A stretch of DNA of 64,000 nt from positions 2,573-66,572 of the forward strand of contig DASSMA010000058.1 of NCBI GenBank assembly GCA_035689115.1. Direction: 5' to 3'. The stretch comes from Acidimicrobiales bacterium. GTDB taxonomy: Bacteria > Actinomycetota > Acidimicrobiia > Acidimicrobiales > GCA-2861595. Shown piece after piece: positions 1-9,785 of the stretch. The notes below the pieces were generated by a model. The model was not told the DNA's origin, searched no databases, and worked only from the letters and a program-made list of their open reading frames with translations. Both the position numbers and the translations under genes were made by a program. The number at the start of each line of letters is the position of its first letter. The stretch's first letter is position 1.

Positions 1-237
1 CACGCCGTCGGAGAGCGCCGGCGTCACCACCTCCTGGGCCCGGATGACGGTGGTGGTGCGGGCGTCCGAGATGGCCTCCCGCTCGCCGATGCGCCGGCTG
101 GCGATCGAGGTGGCGACGGCCACGATGGCGAGGGCCACCAGGCCGGCGGCGGCGAACTGGCCGACCTGGAGGGCGACCAGCCGCCGACCGGACCGCACCG
201 CGCCGGCCTCGTCCGGGTCGGGGCCGGCGTCGGGCAT
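1..237 (-). CDS. N-terminal fragment of a membrane-anchored protein, possibly a sensor; the gene continues past the window start
   Basis: My own minus-strand translation from the ATG at 237 gives MPDAGPDPDEAGAVRSGRRLVALQVGQFAAAGLVALAIVAVATSIASRRIGEREAISDARTTTVIRAQEVV... It has one hydrophobic helix and GC-rich third codon positions. It runs off the window, so it is absent from the ORF track. Confidence 0.35.
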   Translation of the reverse strand, partial: MPDAGPDPDEAGAVRSGRRLVALQVGQFAAAGLVALAIVAVATSIASRRIGEREAISDARTTTVIRAQEVVTPALSDGV

Positions 238-260
238 CGGTTCCAGCGTAGGGGTGGCGC

Positions 261-767
261 TCAGCCGTCCCGGCCGCTGTCGGGCCCGTCGTGGCCGCCG
301 CCGTCGTGGCTGCCGGCGTCGCCCCCGCCCTCGTGCTCGAGGGTGGTGGACGTGGTGGCGGGCGCCACCGTCGTCGTCGTGGTGACCCGCGCATCGTCGC
401 CATGTTCGTCCCCCACCTCGTTCTCGACCGCGTGCTCGACCGCGTTCTCCGCGCCGTCCTCGTTCTCGGCCTCAACCTCGTGCTCGGGCGCGGTGGTCGT
501 CGTAGCGTGCTCCTCCTCCCGCTCCGGCCCCGTGGTGGTGCTGGCGGCGGGCGCGGGCGCCGTGGTGGTGGACGGGGCGGCGGCGTCGCCCGTGGTGGTG
601 GTCGTGGCGCAGCGGTCGTCCGTGGACGGCGTGGCGCACTCGTCGTGGCTTCGAAGCGCCGGTCGGGACGGACCCGTGAGGGCCGACGCCACGCCGGCGG
701 CCGCCAGCACCGTCGCGGCGGGCAGGGCGAGGCCGAGGAGCAGGCGGCGGATCGGGCTTCGAGGCAT
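261..767 (-). CDS. secreted Thr-rich protein with a His/Asp/Glu-rich C-terminal half
   Basis: Internal ATG at 767 is preceded by AGGAG. The signal-peptide-like N-terminus is MPRSPIRRLLLGLALPAATVLAAAGVASA. It is followed by poly-Thr tracts, EHE/ENE repeats and an HDGGGHDGPDSG tail. Confidence 0.5.
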   Translation of the reverse strand: MPRSPIRRLLLGLALPAATVLAAAGVASALTGPSRPALRSHDECATPSTDDRCATTTTTGDAAAPSTTTAPAPAASTTTGPEREEEHATTTTAPEHEVEAENEDGAENAVEHAVENEVGDEHGDDARVTTTTTVAPATTSTTLEHEGGGDAGSHDGGGHDGPDSGRDG

Positions 768-935
768 GGTGTGTTCTCCTGGTCGTCGGACGGGATCGGG
801 TCCATCGAACGACGACACCGGTCGGCCTTTCCATCGCGCCTTGGTGCTACGACCGAGGTACTACGACCATCGTCCACTACCGCCGGCCCCGGCGGTCGGC
901 GACCATTGCCTCGACGGTCGGAAGGAGGGAGCCTG

Positions 936-1334
936 ATGGCGAAGCGGTTGCTCGGCGTGGTGCTGTTCGGCCTCCTGGCCGCCACCGCCGCCACCGCCTC
1001 CATCCTGGCTGCCTCGGCGGTGAGCACCGAGCCGGCGCCGGCCTTCGTCTCGCCCGACCGCCGCGGCGCCAGCCCGGTCCCCCCGGTGTCCCTCCCCCCC
1101 GACACCGGCGGGGCCGGGCCGGCGGCGGTCGTCACGACCCGTCCCCGGGCACCCACCAGCCCGACCACCGCCAGGCCCGCCGTGCGCGCGACGACGGTTG
1201 CGACCGCCGTGACCACCGCCGGGGCCGGTGCCACGACCACCACCGCGCCGGACTCGCCGACCTCGACCACCGAGGTCGCCCACGACGAGGACGGCCACGG
1301 CGGCGGCTCCGGCGGTGAGCCGGGGCCGGGCTGA
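936..1334 (+). CDS. secreted Thr/Pro-rich protein with a His/Gly/acidic tail
   Basis: ATG at 936 is preceded by GGAAGGAGGGA. The signal-like N-terminus is MAKRLLGVVLFGLLAATAATASILAASA. It is Thr-rich and ends in HDEDGHGGGSGGEPGPG. Confidence 0.5.
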   Translation: MAKRLLGVVLFGLLAATAATASILAASAVSTEPAPAFVSPDRRGASPVPPVSLPPDTGGAGPAAVVTTRPRAPTSPTTARPAVRATTVATAVTTAGAGATTTTAPDSPTSTTEVAHDEDGHGGGSGGEPGPG

Positions 1335-1336
1335 CC

Positions 1337-2722
1337 TCAGTCCGCCAGGGGCGGGATGTTCTGGTTGTGGCGGAACAAGTTGGTGGGATCCCAGTCCCGC
1401 TTGACGGCCTGGAGCCGGGCGTAGCGCTCGGGTCCGAAGGCCGCCTCCACCCGCCCGAGGCCCTCGTCGCCGATGAAGTTCAGGTAGGCCCGCCCGACGG
1501 CCCACGGCTTCATGCTGCCGGCCAGCCCGCGGGTGTAGGCGATGTTCGTGTCGCTGTCCGCCGGGTCCGGCCACAGGGACAGGTAGTGGATGTTCCACTT
1601 GGCGGTGCGCTGCCCGAAGGCGGTGGCGTCCTCGGGGACGCGGGCGATGGCGCCTCCTCCGGGCACGAGGATGATCTGGGTGAGCGGGGACACCGGCTTG
1701 GTGGCCCCCTCGACGAGGGTGTCCACCGCCTCGTCGGGCAACTCGTCGTAGAAGTCGGCCGTCCAGTAGTTCTGCATCCCCTCGGGGTTGGCCGGGTCGA
1801 TCATCTTCTGGAGCTCGACGTACGGCATGGGCTGCACCATGTTGAGCGCCGGCGGCCCGAACTCGAGAAGCGGCCGCAGGACCTCCTGGCCCTGCTCCAC
1901 CGGGCCGGCGTACGACACGATGACGCCGACCATCGGCTTCCCGCGGGCCGGCTCCGGGACGAAGGGGGCGGGCGGGGCGGTGATGAAGGCCACGCCGCCG
2001 CCGACCTCGTCGGGCGCCGACTCGAGGAAGCTTCGGTAGAAGCGGACCAGGTCGCCGGCCATGTGGACGGGGTAGCCGAGCATGCCTCCGAGCACGATGG
2101 GGCCGACCCGGTGGACCCGCAGGTGGAAGGCGGTGACCACGCCGAAGTTGCCGCCGCCTCCCCGCAGGGCCCAGAACAGGTCCGGGTTCTCGTCGTCGGA
2201 CGCCACCACCTGGCTGCCGTCGGCGGTGACGACCTCGGCCTTCACCAGGTTGTCGCACACGAAGCCGAGCTTGCGCTCGAGCCAGCCGCTGCCGCTCCCG
2301 AGGGCCAGGCCGGCGACCCCGGTGCCCGAGACCCGGCCGCCGGTGACGGCCAGGCCGTGGGCCTGGGTGGCGGCGTCGACCTCGCCCCAGGTGCAGCCGC
2401 CCTCGACCGTGGCCACGCGCGACTCCGGGTCGACGGAGATACTCCGCATGCCCCGCATGTCGAGGCACACGCCGGCGTCGACCACCGCCGACCCCGTGAC
2501 CCCGTGGCCACCGCCGTACACCGACAGCGGCAGGTCCTGCTCCCGGGCGAGGTTCACCACCATGGCGACGTCGCCCGCCGAGGCGCACCGGGCGATCAGC
2601 ACCGGCCGGCGGTCGATCATCCCGTTGAACACCCGGCGGGCCTCGTCGTACTGGTCGTCCCCCGGATGGATCAGCTGGCCCCCGAAGCCGGGCAACTCGA
2701 ACAGCGTCGTCCCGTCGGCCAT
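1337..2722 (-). CDS. FAD-binding oxidoreductase (FAD_binding_4 / berberine-bridge-enzyme-like)
   Basis: 461 aa ORF. It has a GGGHG-type FAD-binding region (SVYGGGHGVTGSAV) and a BBE-like C-terminus (YLNFIGDEG...RLQAVKRDWDPTNLFRHNQNI). Confidence 0.85.
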   Translation of the reverse strand: MADGTTLFELPGFGGQLIHPGDDQYDEARRVFNGMIDRRPVLIARCASAGDVAMVVNLAREQDLPLSVYGGGHGVTGSAVVDAGVCLDMRGMRSISVDPESRVATVEGGCTWGEVDAATQAHGLAVTGGRVSGTGVAGLALGSGSGWLERKLGFVCDNLVKAEVVTADGSQVVASDDENPDLFWALRGGGGNFGVVTAFHLRVHRVGPIVLGGMLGYPVHMAGDLVRFYRSFLESAPDEVGGGVAFITAPPAPFVPEPARGKPMVGVIVSYAGPVEQGQEVLRPLLEFGPPALNMVQPMPYVELQKMIDPANPEGMQNYWTADFYDELPDEAVDTLVEGATKPVSPLTQIILVPGGGAIARVPEDATAFGQRTAKWNIHYLSLWPDPADSDTNIAYTRGLAGSMKPWAVGRAYLNFIGDEGLGRVEAAFGPERYARLQAVKRDWDPTNLFRHNQNIPPLAD

Positions 2723-2764
2723 GGTTTCGCCCTCCTCGTCGGGAAAAGGGCCATGGTAGGTGTG

Positions 2765-3049
2765 TCAGTCGCGGAACGCGGTCCCGGGGTCGGGCAGCAC
2801 CGCCAGCCGCCAGCGGGCGACCAGGGTGACGAAGTTGACCGCCGCGGTGACGCCGGCCAGGACGGCCGAGTCGAGGACGGTCAGCGACAGGTGGATGCCC
2901 GCCGCCTGAGCCAGCGGGGGACTGACGAGGGCCGAGGTGAAGCCGGCGACGAACGTCCAGAACAGGCGCTCGGCCATGTCGGCCAGCCGGATGCTGGGCG
3001 CCGCCGGAGCGGTGCCGGCGACGAACGTGGTGGTGTCGGTGGTGCTCAT
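2765..3049 (-). CDS. small two-helix membrane protein, r1t-type holin-like
   Basis: 94 aa. Hydrophobic helices (FWTFVAGFTSALV, VLAGVTAAVNFVTLVA) resemble actinobacterial holin-like proteins. The assignment rests on pattern recognition only. Confidence 0.4.
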   Translation of the reverse strand: MSTTDTTTFVAGTAPAAPSIRLADMAERLFWTFVAGFTSALVSPPLAQAAGIHLSLTVLDSAVLAGVTAAVNFVTLVARWRLAVLPDPGTAFRD

Positions 3050-3127
3050 GATCGTTCCCTCCCTGGGCCGAGCTTCCGGTGTCCAGACGCGGAGGAGGGA
3101 GCGGTGATACGTCCGGTTCGGCGGCTG

Positions 3128-4261
3128 CTACCGGCTGGCGGCGGCGGTGGCGCCGCCGGCGGGGACGTCGTGGCGGTGCTTCTCGATGAACTCCACGAGC
3201 CTCGGGAAGATGTCGCGCGCCACGTTCTTGCCCATGAACGGGTCCTGGTGGCCGTAGCCGGGGAACACGTGCAGTTCGTGGCGGCCCGGGACGATGCGCT
3301 CCATCCGCTCGTGGCACACGATGTTCGAGTTGGTGAACACCTTGTTGTTCTCGCCGGTCATGAACAGCACCGGCGTCTGGATGTCCTCGGCGTAGGTGAA
3401 GTAGTCGTCGGGCAGCCGGTCGAGGGCGGGGTTCGACGGTTCGTACTTCACGGCATGGCCGGCCTGCACCTGCCGCAGCACGTGCCGGTAGTAGTTCATG
3501 CTGGTGGCGCCGTAGAGGTCGCCGCCCCGCCGGTGGGTGACCGGGTCCATGTTCTCGTGGCTGTAGAGCGCCGGCCACCCCGTGCCCCACATGAGGCTCA
3601 GCATGTGGCAGGCGGGCACGTCGCACTCGCGGTGGAACATGTCGATGACCCGGGACACCAGCTTGCCGCGCGACCACCCCGGCTCGTCGCCCCAGTGCGG
3701 GTTCAGGTAGGGGAACCCGAGGATGTTCTCGGCGACGGTGGGCGCCACGGTCAGCTTGAGCTTCGACCACGGCGGCACCCGCGGCGTGAGGGCCACGCTG
3801 TTGGCGATCACGCTCGAGATGCCGGTGACCGCCTTGCCGAACAGCGACATCATGAACGAGTTGGCGCCCAGGCAGTGGCAGATCACGTGGATGGGCTTGT
3901 CGCCGATGTGGCGGCGCATCTCGGCCACCGCCGCCGGATGGTCGAACAGGGCGCAGTCGTCCATGGTGTAGCGGTGCTTGAACAGGTTGTACGAGTGGCG
4001 GTTGCTCATCCGGAAGTCGAAGCACCACACGTCGCCGAAGCCCTGGTCGAGCAGGTAGCTCACCAGGTTGTAGTGCTCCGGCTGGATGAACATGTCGGTG
4101 GACGTGGTGAGGCCGTGGATGATGAGGATGGCCTCGCCCGCCTCGCCCCGCTGGAAGCGGAGCATGCTGAGGCCGAGCTTGTCCTCGGTGGTCAGGTAGT
4201 GGGTGCTGACCTCGGCGTCCTTCACACCCTCCAGGGTGTAGAGAGGGATCTCCCGTTCCAT
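3128..4261 (-). CDS. alpha/beta-fold hydrolase (lipase/esterase-like) with Cys at the nucleophile position
   Basis: 377 aa. It has the IIHGLTTS oxyanion region, the elbow motif VICHCLGAN and a C-terminal GYGHQDPF His region. GC content is lower than in neighbouring genes. Confidence 0.8.
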   Translation of the reverse strand: MEREIPLYTLEGVKDAEVSTHYLTTEDKLGLSMLRFQRGEAGEAILIIHGLTTSTDMFIQPEHYNLVSYLLDQGFGDVWCFDFRMSNRHSYNLFKHRYTMDDCALFDHPAAVAEMRRHIGDKPIHVICHCLGANSFMMSLFGKAVTGISSVIANSVALTPRVPPWSKLKLTVAPTVAENILGFPYLNPHWGDEPGWSRGKLVSRVIDMFHRECDVPACHMLSLMWGTGWPALYSHENMDPVTHRRGGDLYGATSMNYYRHVLRQVQAGHAVKYEPSNPALDRLPDDYFTYAEDIQTPVLFMTGENNKVFTNSNIVCHERMERIVPGRHELHVFPGYGHQDPFMGKNVARDIFPRLVEFIEKHRHDVPAGGATAAASR

Positions 4262-4346
4262 GTGCCTGTCCTCCCGTGCCCGCGTACGCGCCGGAACAAG
4301 GGTAACCGCCCCGTTCGCCTAGTTCGACGGGCTCGCCGCAGGGCCC

Positions 4347-4886
4347 TCAGGCGCGGACGGCGTCGCGGACCCGGTCCACCAGGGCGGCGCCGGCGCCGGC
4401 GGCCACGTTGCCCGGCGGCTCGTCGGGCGCCTTGGGGTGCGGGTGGGTGGGCGCCGTCCGCTTGGCGTCCTCCATGGCGGTGCCCAGCTCGCCGAGCGCC
4501 TTGCGGCCCATGGCCTGGCGCACCTGGGGGAACAGCTCCTGCTCCTCCTCCTCGACGTGGTGCCGGACGTTCTCGATGAGCACGGTCATCTTGGCCCGGA
4601 ACCGCTCGTCCTCGGGGTCGCCGCCGTCGAGCTCCTTGGCCACCCACTTCACGATGTGGTGCTCCTCTAGGGACTCGAGGACCATGTCCTCGGTGTCGGG
4701 CACCGCCTTGCGGATGGCGGGGTAGAAGAGCTGCTCCTCGATGGCGGCATGGACCGACAGCTCGCGCACGATCCGCTCGGCCAGGTCCCGTTGGGCGGCG
4801 TGGGCCCGGGGCCCGGTCTTCTCGAACTTCTTGAACAGGCTCTCAACGGTCTTGTGGTCCTGCTTCAGCAGCGTGATGGCATCCAT
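4347..4886 (-). CDS. hemerythrin-domain protein
   Basis: Starts at MDAITLLKQDHKTVESLF (ATG at 4886). His/Glu ligand-like motifs are spread over a four-helix pattern (HxxxE, HHIVKW, HHVEEEE). Confidence 0.85.
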   Translation of the reverse strand: MDAITLLKQDHKTVESLFKKFEKTGPRAHAAQRDLAERIVRELSVHAAIEEQLFYPAIRKAVPDTEDMVLESLEEHHIVKWVAKELDGGDPEDERFRAKMTVLIENVRHHVEEEEQELFPQVRQAMGRKALGELGTAMEDAKRTAPTHPHPKAPDEPPGNVAAGAGAALVDRVRDAVRA

Positions 4887-4992
4887 ACAGGAGGTGTTCC
4901 CCCGCCGGCGGCCCTTGGAACGGCCTGGCCGAGCCGTACAATTGAGGGTGGCGACCGGGTTTCGTCGACCGCTCGCCCGGAGGAGGTCGGCG

Positions 4993-6753
4993 ATGCGGAG
5001 CACGTCCCACCGGAGCGGTGCGTTGGTGGCCGACCCACCACCGGCGGACGACGTTCCGGCCTCGGGCCGGTCGAGCGTCCCTTCGTCGGTGCTGCTGGTG
5101 GAGGACGACGAGGGCGACGCCCTGATCGTGCGTCGCCTCGTGGCCGCGGCCGGCGGGATCGAAGTCGCTGTGGTCAGGCGGCTGGACGAGGCACGCGAGC
5201 ACCTAGTCGCCCACACCGTGCAGTGCGTGCTGCTGGATCTCTCGCTGCCCGACGCGCGCGGGCTCGACACCGTGGAGGGCGTGCGCAGCGCCGATCCGGA
5301 CGTGGCCATCGTGGTGGTGAGCGGCCTGAACGACGAGGACATGGCGGTGGCGTCGCTCCAGCGGGGCGCCCAGGACTACCTCACCAAGGACGAGATCGAC
5401 GGCCGCTCGCTGTGGCGGGCGATCCGCTACGCCGTCGAGCGCAAGCGCAGCGAGCTGCTGATCCGCTACCAGGCCAACCACGACGCCCTCACCGGCCTGG
5501 CCAACAGGCTGCTGTTCATGGAGCGGCTGCGCGCCGCCGTGGCCCGCCTGGCCCGGCACGGCTCCCACGTGGCGGTGCTCTTCCTCGACCTCGACCATTT
5601 CAAGTGGGTCAACGACAGCCTGGGCCACGACGCCGGCGACGAGCTGATCATGGAGGTGGCGGCCCGGCTGGCGGCCGCCCTCCGCCCCGAGGACGTGGCC
5701 GCCCGCCTCGGGGGCGACGAGTTCCTCGTCCTGGTGGAGGACGTGCGCGCCGAGCTGGACGCCGCGCTGGTGGCCGAGCGCATCCACCGGATGCTCGAGG
5801 AGCCGTTCCTCGTCCGCGGCCTCGAGCTGCGGCTGACGGCCAGCGTCGGGATCTCGCTGTCCGGCGACCCGGGGGTCCAGGCCGACGCGCTGGTGCGGGA
5901 CGCCGACGCCGCCATGTACCGGGCCAAGGCGCTCGGGCGGGACCGGTCCGAGCTGTTCGACGCCGGCCTGCGGCACCTGGCGCAAACCCGCCTCCAGATG
6001 GAGAACGACCTCCGGCGGGCGGTCGACCGCGGCGAGTTCGTGGTCCACTACCAGCCGGTCGTCGAGCTTGAGGAGGGCCGGCTCGTCGGGGCCGAGGCGC
6101 TGGTGCGCTGGTGCCACCCGTCCGGCACCCTGCTGCCGCCCGACCGGTTCATGGCGCTGGCCGAGGAGACCGGCCTCATCGTGCCGATCGGCGACTTCGT
6201 GCTGCGGACCGCCTGCGAGCAGCTGCGCGTGTGGGAGCGCCGGGCCGGCTTCGTGCCCGCCCTCAGCGTGAACCTGTCGTCGGTGCAGGTGGCCGATCCC
6301 GGCCTCGGCCGGCGGATCGGCGGGATCATCGCCGCCGCCGGCGTGGACCCGGCCAGCCTCTGCCTCGAGGTGACCGAGACCACCATCCTCGGCGAGGCCG
6401 CCGCCAGCCTCGACCGGCTCCGCGAGCTGCGGGGGCTCGGCGTGCGCCTGGGGATCGACGACTTCGGCACCGGCTACTCGTCGCTCACCTACCTCAAGCG
6501 CTACCCGTTCGAGGTCCTGAAGGTCGACCGTTCCTTCACCGCCGGCCTGGGCGTCAACGCCGACGACGCCGCCATCGTCGAGGCCATCGTCGGCCTGGCG
6601 CGGGTGCTGGCGATGGAGGTGATCGTGGAGGGGGTGGAGACGGAGACCCAACGGGCGTGGCTCCGCCATCTCGGCTGCACCCGTGCCCAGGGCTTCCTGT
6701 TCGCCGCACCGGCGCCGGCCGACCAGCTCGACCGGTGGCCGCTGGCGGAGTGA
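4993..6753 (+). CDS. response regulator with REC-GGDEF-EAL domains (c-di-GMP turnover)
   Basis: ATG at 4993 follows GGAGGAGG. REC region: [10 protein letters not shown]...[13 protein letters not shown] motif: [14 protein letters not shown] motif: EALVRW, plus [10 protein letters not shown]. Confidence 0.9.
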   Translation: MRSTSHRSGALVADPPPADDVPASGRSSVPSSVLLVEDDEGDALIVRRLVAAAGGIEVAVVRRLDEAREHLVAHTVQCVLLDLSLPDARGLDTVEGVRSADPDVAIVVVSGLNDEDMAVASLQRGAQDYLTKDEIDGRSLWRAIRYAVERKRSELLIRYQANHDALTGLANRLLFMERLRAAVARLARHGSHVAVLFLDLDHFKWVNDSLGHDAGDELIMEVAARLAAALRPEDVAARLGGDEFLVLVEDVRAELDAALVAERIHRMLEEPFLVRGLELRLTASVGISLSGDPGVQADALVRDADAAMYRAKALGRDRSELFDAGLRHLAQTRLQMENDLRRAVDRGEFVVHYQPVVELEEGRLVGAEALVRWCHPSGTLLPPDRFMALAEETGLIVPIGDFVLRTACEQLRVWERRAGFVPALSVNLSSVQVADPGLGRRIGGIIAAAGVDPASLCLEVTETTILGEAAASLDRLRELRGLGVRLGIDDFGTGYSSLTYLKRYPFEVLKVDRSFTAGLGVNADDAAIVEAIVGLARVLAMEVIVEGVETETQRAWLRHLGCTRAQGFLFAAPAPADQLDRWPLAE

Positions 6754-8192
6754 CCGTGGCTCTTCCCGACGCCGATGCCTGGCGGCTGCTCGATCTGGCC
6801 GCCGACGCCATCTTCGTGCGCGACGCCGGCGGGGTCATCACCTACTGGAACGCCGGGGCCGCCCGGCTCTACGGCTGGGCGCCGGAGGAGGCGGTCGGAC
6901 AGGTCGCCGGCCGGCTCCTCGGGACGCGCTATCCCGAGGGCGAGGCGGCGGTGGTCGCGGCGGCGGAGGCCGGCGGGTGGGACGGCGAGCTGGTCCAGCT
7001 GGCGCGCGACGGCCGCCGGGTGCTCGTCGAGAGCCGCTGGGTCGCCGACATCGACGCCGACGGCCTGCTGCGGGGGTTCCTCGAGGTCAACCGGGACATC
7101 ACCGCCCGGCGCGCCGCCGAGCAGCGGGTCCGCCGGCTGCTGGAGGCGGCCCCCGACCCCACGGTCCTCGTCGACGAGCACGGCATCATCCGGATGGCCA
7201 ACCGGCGGGCCCACGGGCTGCTCGGCTACGACCCCGGCGCCCTGCCCGGCATGGCGGTCGAGACCCTGGTGCCCGACGGGGTACGGGCCGGTCACGCCAA
7301 GCTCCGGGAGGGCTACTTCACGGACCCCCAGCCGCGGACCATGGGGGCGAGCGTCGACCTGGCGGCCCGTCGGGCCGACGGGACGGAGGTGCCGGTGGAG
7401 ATCTCGCTGGCGCCCGTCGAGACCGAGGAGGGCATGCTCGTGGCCGCCGCCCTCCGCGACGTGACGGTGCGCCGCCAGGTCCAGCGCCGCCTCGAGGACC
7501 AGGCGGCGGCGCTGGCCCGTTCCAACGCCGAGCTCGAGCGATTCGCCTACGTGGCCTCCCACGACCTCCAGGAGCCGCTGCGAAAGGTGGCGACGTTCTG
7601 CAAGCTGCTCAAGGAGGACTACGGGGGCCGGCTCGACGAGACGGCCGACATGTACATCGACTACGCGGTCGACGGGGCGCTGCGCATGCGCGACCTGATC
7701 AACGACCTCTTGACGTTCTCCCGGATCGGGCGGCGGGAGGGTGCGGCCGAGGACGTCGACGTGGCCGCTGTCGTGGCCACGGCGCTGCGCAACCTGGACG
7801 CACTGCGGGAGGAGTGCGACGCCACCGTCGACGTCGGCGACCTGCCCACCGTGCGGGCCGAGCGGTCCCTGCTCGTGCAGCTGTACCAGAACCTCCTCGG
7901 CAACGCCCTGAAGTTCCGCGCCCCGGGGCGGCGCTGCCATGTCGAGGTCGGTGCCCGGCGCCAGGGCGGCGAGTGGCTGTTCTGGGTGGCCGACAACGGC
8001 ATCGGCATCGACGACGACAAGGGCGAGCAGATCTTCGAGATGTTCAGCCGGCTGCACGCCCGCACCGAGTACCCGGGGACCGGGATCGGGCTCGCCATCT
8101 GCCGGCGGATCGTGGAGCGGTCGGGCGGTCGCATCTGGCTCGACTCCCGGCCCGGGGTCGGCTCGACGTTCTCCTGGACGATGCGCACGTGA
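6750..8192 (+). CDS. PAS-PAS sensor histidine kinase
   Basis: GTG at 6750 overlaps the upstream stop (GTGA). It has two PAS-like segments, an H-box ([16 protein letters not shown]), an N box (LLGNALKF), G1 (DNGIGI) and G2 (GTGIGLAI). Confidence 0.9.
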   Translation: MTVALPDADAWRLLDLAADAIFVRDAGGVITYWNAGAARLYGWAPEEAVGQVAGRLLGTRYPEGEAAVVAAAEAGGWDGELVQLARDGRRVLVESRWVADIDADGLLRGFLEVNRDITARRAAEQRVRRLLEAAPDPTVLVDEHGIIRMANRRAHGLLGYDPGALPGMAVETLVPDGVRAGHAKLREGYFTDPQPRTMGASVDLAARRADGTEVPVEISLAPVETEEGMLVAAALRDVTVRRQVQRRLEDQAAALARSNAELERFAYVASHDLQEPLRKVATFCKLLKEDYGGRLDETADMYIDYAVDGALRMRDLINDLLTFSRIGRREGAAEDVDVAAVVATALRNLDALREECDATVDVGDLPTVRAERSLLVQLYQNLLGNALKFRAPGRRCHVEVGARRQGGEWLFWVADNGIGIDDDKGEQIFEMFSRLHARTEYPGTGIGLAICRRIVERSGGRIWLDSRPGVGSTFSWTMRT

Positions 8193-8215
8193 CCCCAGTC
8201 CCGAAGGAGGGTGGC

Positions 8216-8644
8216 ATGCAGCCGGTGGAGATCCTGCTCGTCGAGGACGACCCGGGGGACGTCTACATCACCCGCCGGGCGCTGGAGCGGGCCAAGATCA
8301 GCAACACCCTCCACACCGTCGGCGACGGCGAGGCCGCCATGCGGTTCCTGCGCCGGGAAGGCGAGTACGCCGGCGCCCCGAGTCCCGACCTGATCCTTCT
8401 CGACCTGAACCTCCCGCGCATGGACGGGCGCCAGGTGCTGGAGCAGGTGAAGTTGGACGAGGAGCTACGGCGGATCCCGGTGGTGGTCCTCACGACGTCG
8501 GCGGCCGAGGAGGACGTCCTCCGCAGCTACGACCTCCACGCCAACCTCTACGTCGTCAAGCCGGTGGAGGCCGACAAGTTCCTGCACGTGGTGGGGGAGA
8601 TCGACGACTTCTTCGTGACGGTCGTCCGCCTTCCCCCTCGGTGA
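8216..8644 (+). CDS. single-domain response regulator (REC only)
   Basis: ATG at 8216 follows GAAGGAGG. Receiver motifs: [29 protein letters not shown]. Confidence 0.9.
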   Translation: MQPVEILLVEDDPGDVYITRRALERAKISNTLHTVGDGEAAMRFLRREGEYAGAPSPDLILLDLNLPRMDGRQVLEQVKLDEELRRIPVVVLTTSAAEEDVLRSYDLHANLYVVKPVEADKFLHVVGEIDDFFVTVVRLPPR

Positions 8645-8657
8645 GCCGGGGGACGCG

Positions 8658-9779
8658 TCAGCTGCGCCGGCCGGACGCCTGCCAGGCGTCCGCCAGGCGC
8701 CGGGCCTCGTCGTCGCCCATAGCCTGCACCGGCTCCGCCGCCCGCCTGGCCTCCTCGTCGCCGGCCGCCCGGACCGGCTCCTCCAGGCGTGCCCTCCGCC
8801 GCTCTACCCGCTCGGCCAGCGGCTCGGGCCGGCGCCGCTGCTCGGGTGGCGGGCCGGCCGCCTCCTTGGCCGCCTGGCGCTCGAGTTCGGCGTTGAGCTC
8901 GCCTCCGGCGACCACGGCGATCGCCGACAGGTACAGCCAGAGCAGCAGGACGACCACGCCGGTGAGCGACCCGTAGGTGCGGGCGTACGACGAGAAGCTC
9001 GACACGTAGAAGGAGAACGCCAGCGATGCGGCCAGCCACAGCAGTGCGGCCACCACCCCGCCGGGGCTGATCCACACGAACCGGGGCGAGTCGCGGTTGG
9101 GCCCGAGGTAGTAGAAGAGGGCGAACATCAGGCTGAGGAAGCCGAGGGCCACCACCCACCGGGCGATCGTCCACACGAGCACGAACAGCGCGCCGAGCGG
9201 CAGGTGGTCGTGCAGGACGTTGCCGAGCGGCCGGCCGAACACGATCAGGGCGGTGGCCGCGCCTCCGCACACGGCGGCGGCGGCGATCAGTTCCAGGGCG
9301 ACGAGCCGGGCCTTGACGAAGCGCCGCTCGGTGGCGACGTCGTAGGCGACGTCGAGGCCCCGCTGGAGGGCGACCATCCCGGCGGTTGCGCCCCACAGGG
9401 CGGCCGCGACGCCGATGACGGCGGCACTGACCGAACTGGCCTTCGACTGCGTGCCGGCCCGCTGCACGGCGCCGACGAGCACGCCGGCGGCGTCTCCCGG
9501 AAGGGCCGAGCGGAGGGCGCGGACCACGGCGTCGGTGCCCTCGCGGCTCAGTCCGACCAGTCCTACGAGGCCGACCGCGGCCAGCACGGCCGGGAACACG
9601 GCGAGGAACCAGTAGAAGGCCATGCCGGCGGCGGCGAGTGTGCCGCGGTCGGCCTTGAACTCGGCCGCCGCCCGCTTCAGGGACGCCTTCCACCCCGCGG
9701 CGCCCCGTTCGGCGGGGGAGTCGGGCCCGCCTCCGCCGCCGACCTGGGGCGGGACCTGCTCGTCTGCCTGGCGCAGCAC
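8658..9779 (-). CDS. YihY/BrkB (virulence factor BrkB / RNase BN-like) family membrane protein
   Basis: 373 aa with a GTG start. It has an FKADRGTLAAAGMAFYWFLAVFPAVLA-type N-terminus, multiple TM helices and a charged C-terminal extension. Confidence 0.85.
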   Translation of the reverse strand: MLRQADEQVPPQVGGGGGPDSPAERGAAGWKASLKRAAAEFKADRGTLAAAGMAFYWFLAVFPAVLAAVGLVGLVGLSREGTDAVVRALRSALPGDAAGVLVGAVQRAGTQSKASSVSAAVIGVAAALWGATAGMVALQRGLDVAYDVATERRFVKARLVALELIAAAAVCGGAATALIVFGRPLGNVLHDHLPLGALFVLVWTIARWVVALGFLSLMFALFYYLGPNRDSPRFVWISPGGVVAALLWLAASLAFSFYVSSFSSYARTYGSLTGVVVLLLWLYLSAIAVVAGGELNAELERQAAKEAAGPPPEQRRRPEPLAERVERRRARLEEPVRAAGDEEARRAAEPVQAMGDDEARRLADAWQASGRRS

Positions 9780-9785
9780 CCCTGC

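Noticed and set aside
861-4028. Very long ORFs in the track (for example 861-4028 minus, 1367-4579 plus, 26400-29129 minus, 31073-33703 minus, 49146-52721 minus, 46332-49085 minus) that could be taken for large genes.
   Set aside because: Their translations are monotonous Arg/Pro/Gly/Ala/His strings. They lie antisense or out of frame to ORFs with clear family motifs. Such stop-poor shadow frames are expected at about 70% GC.
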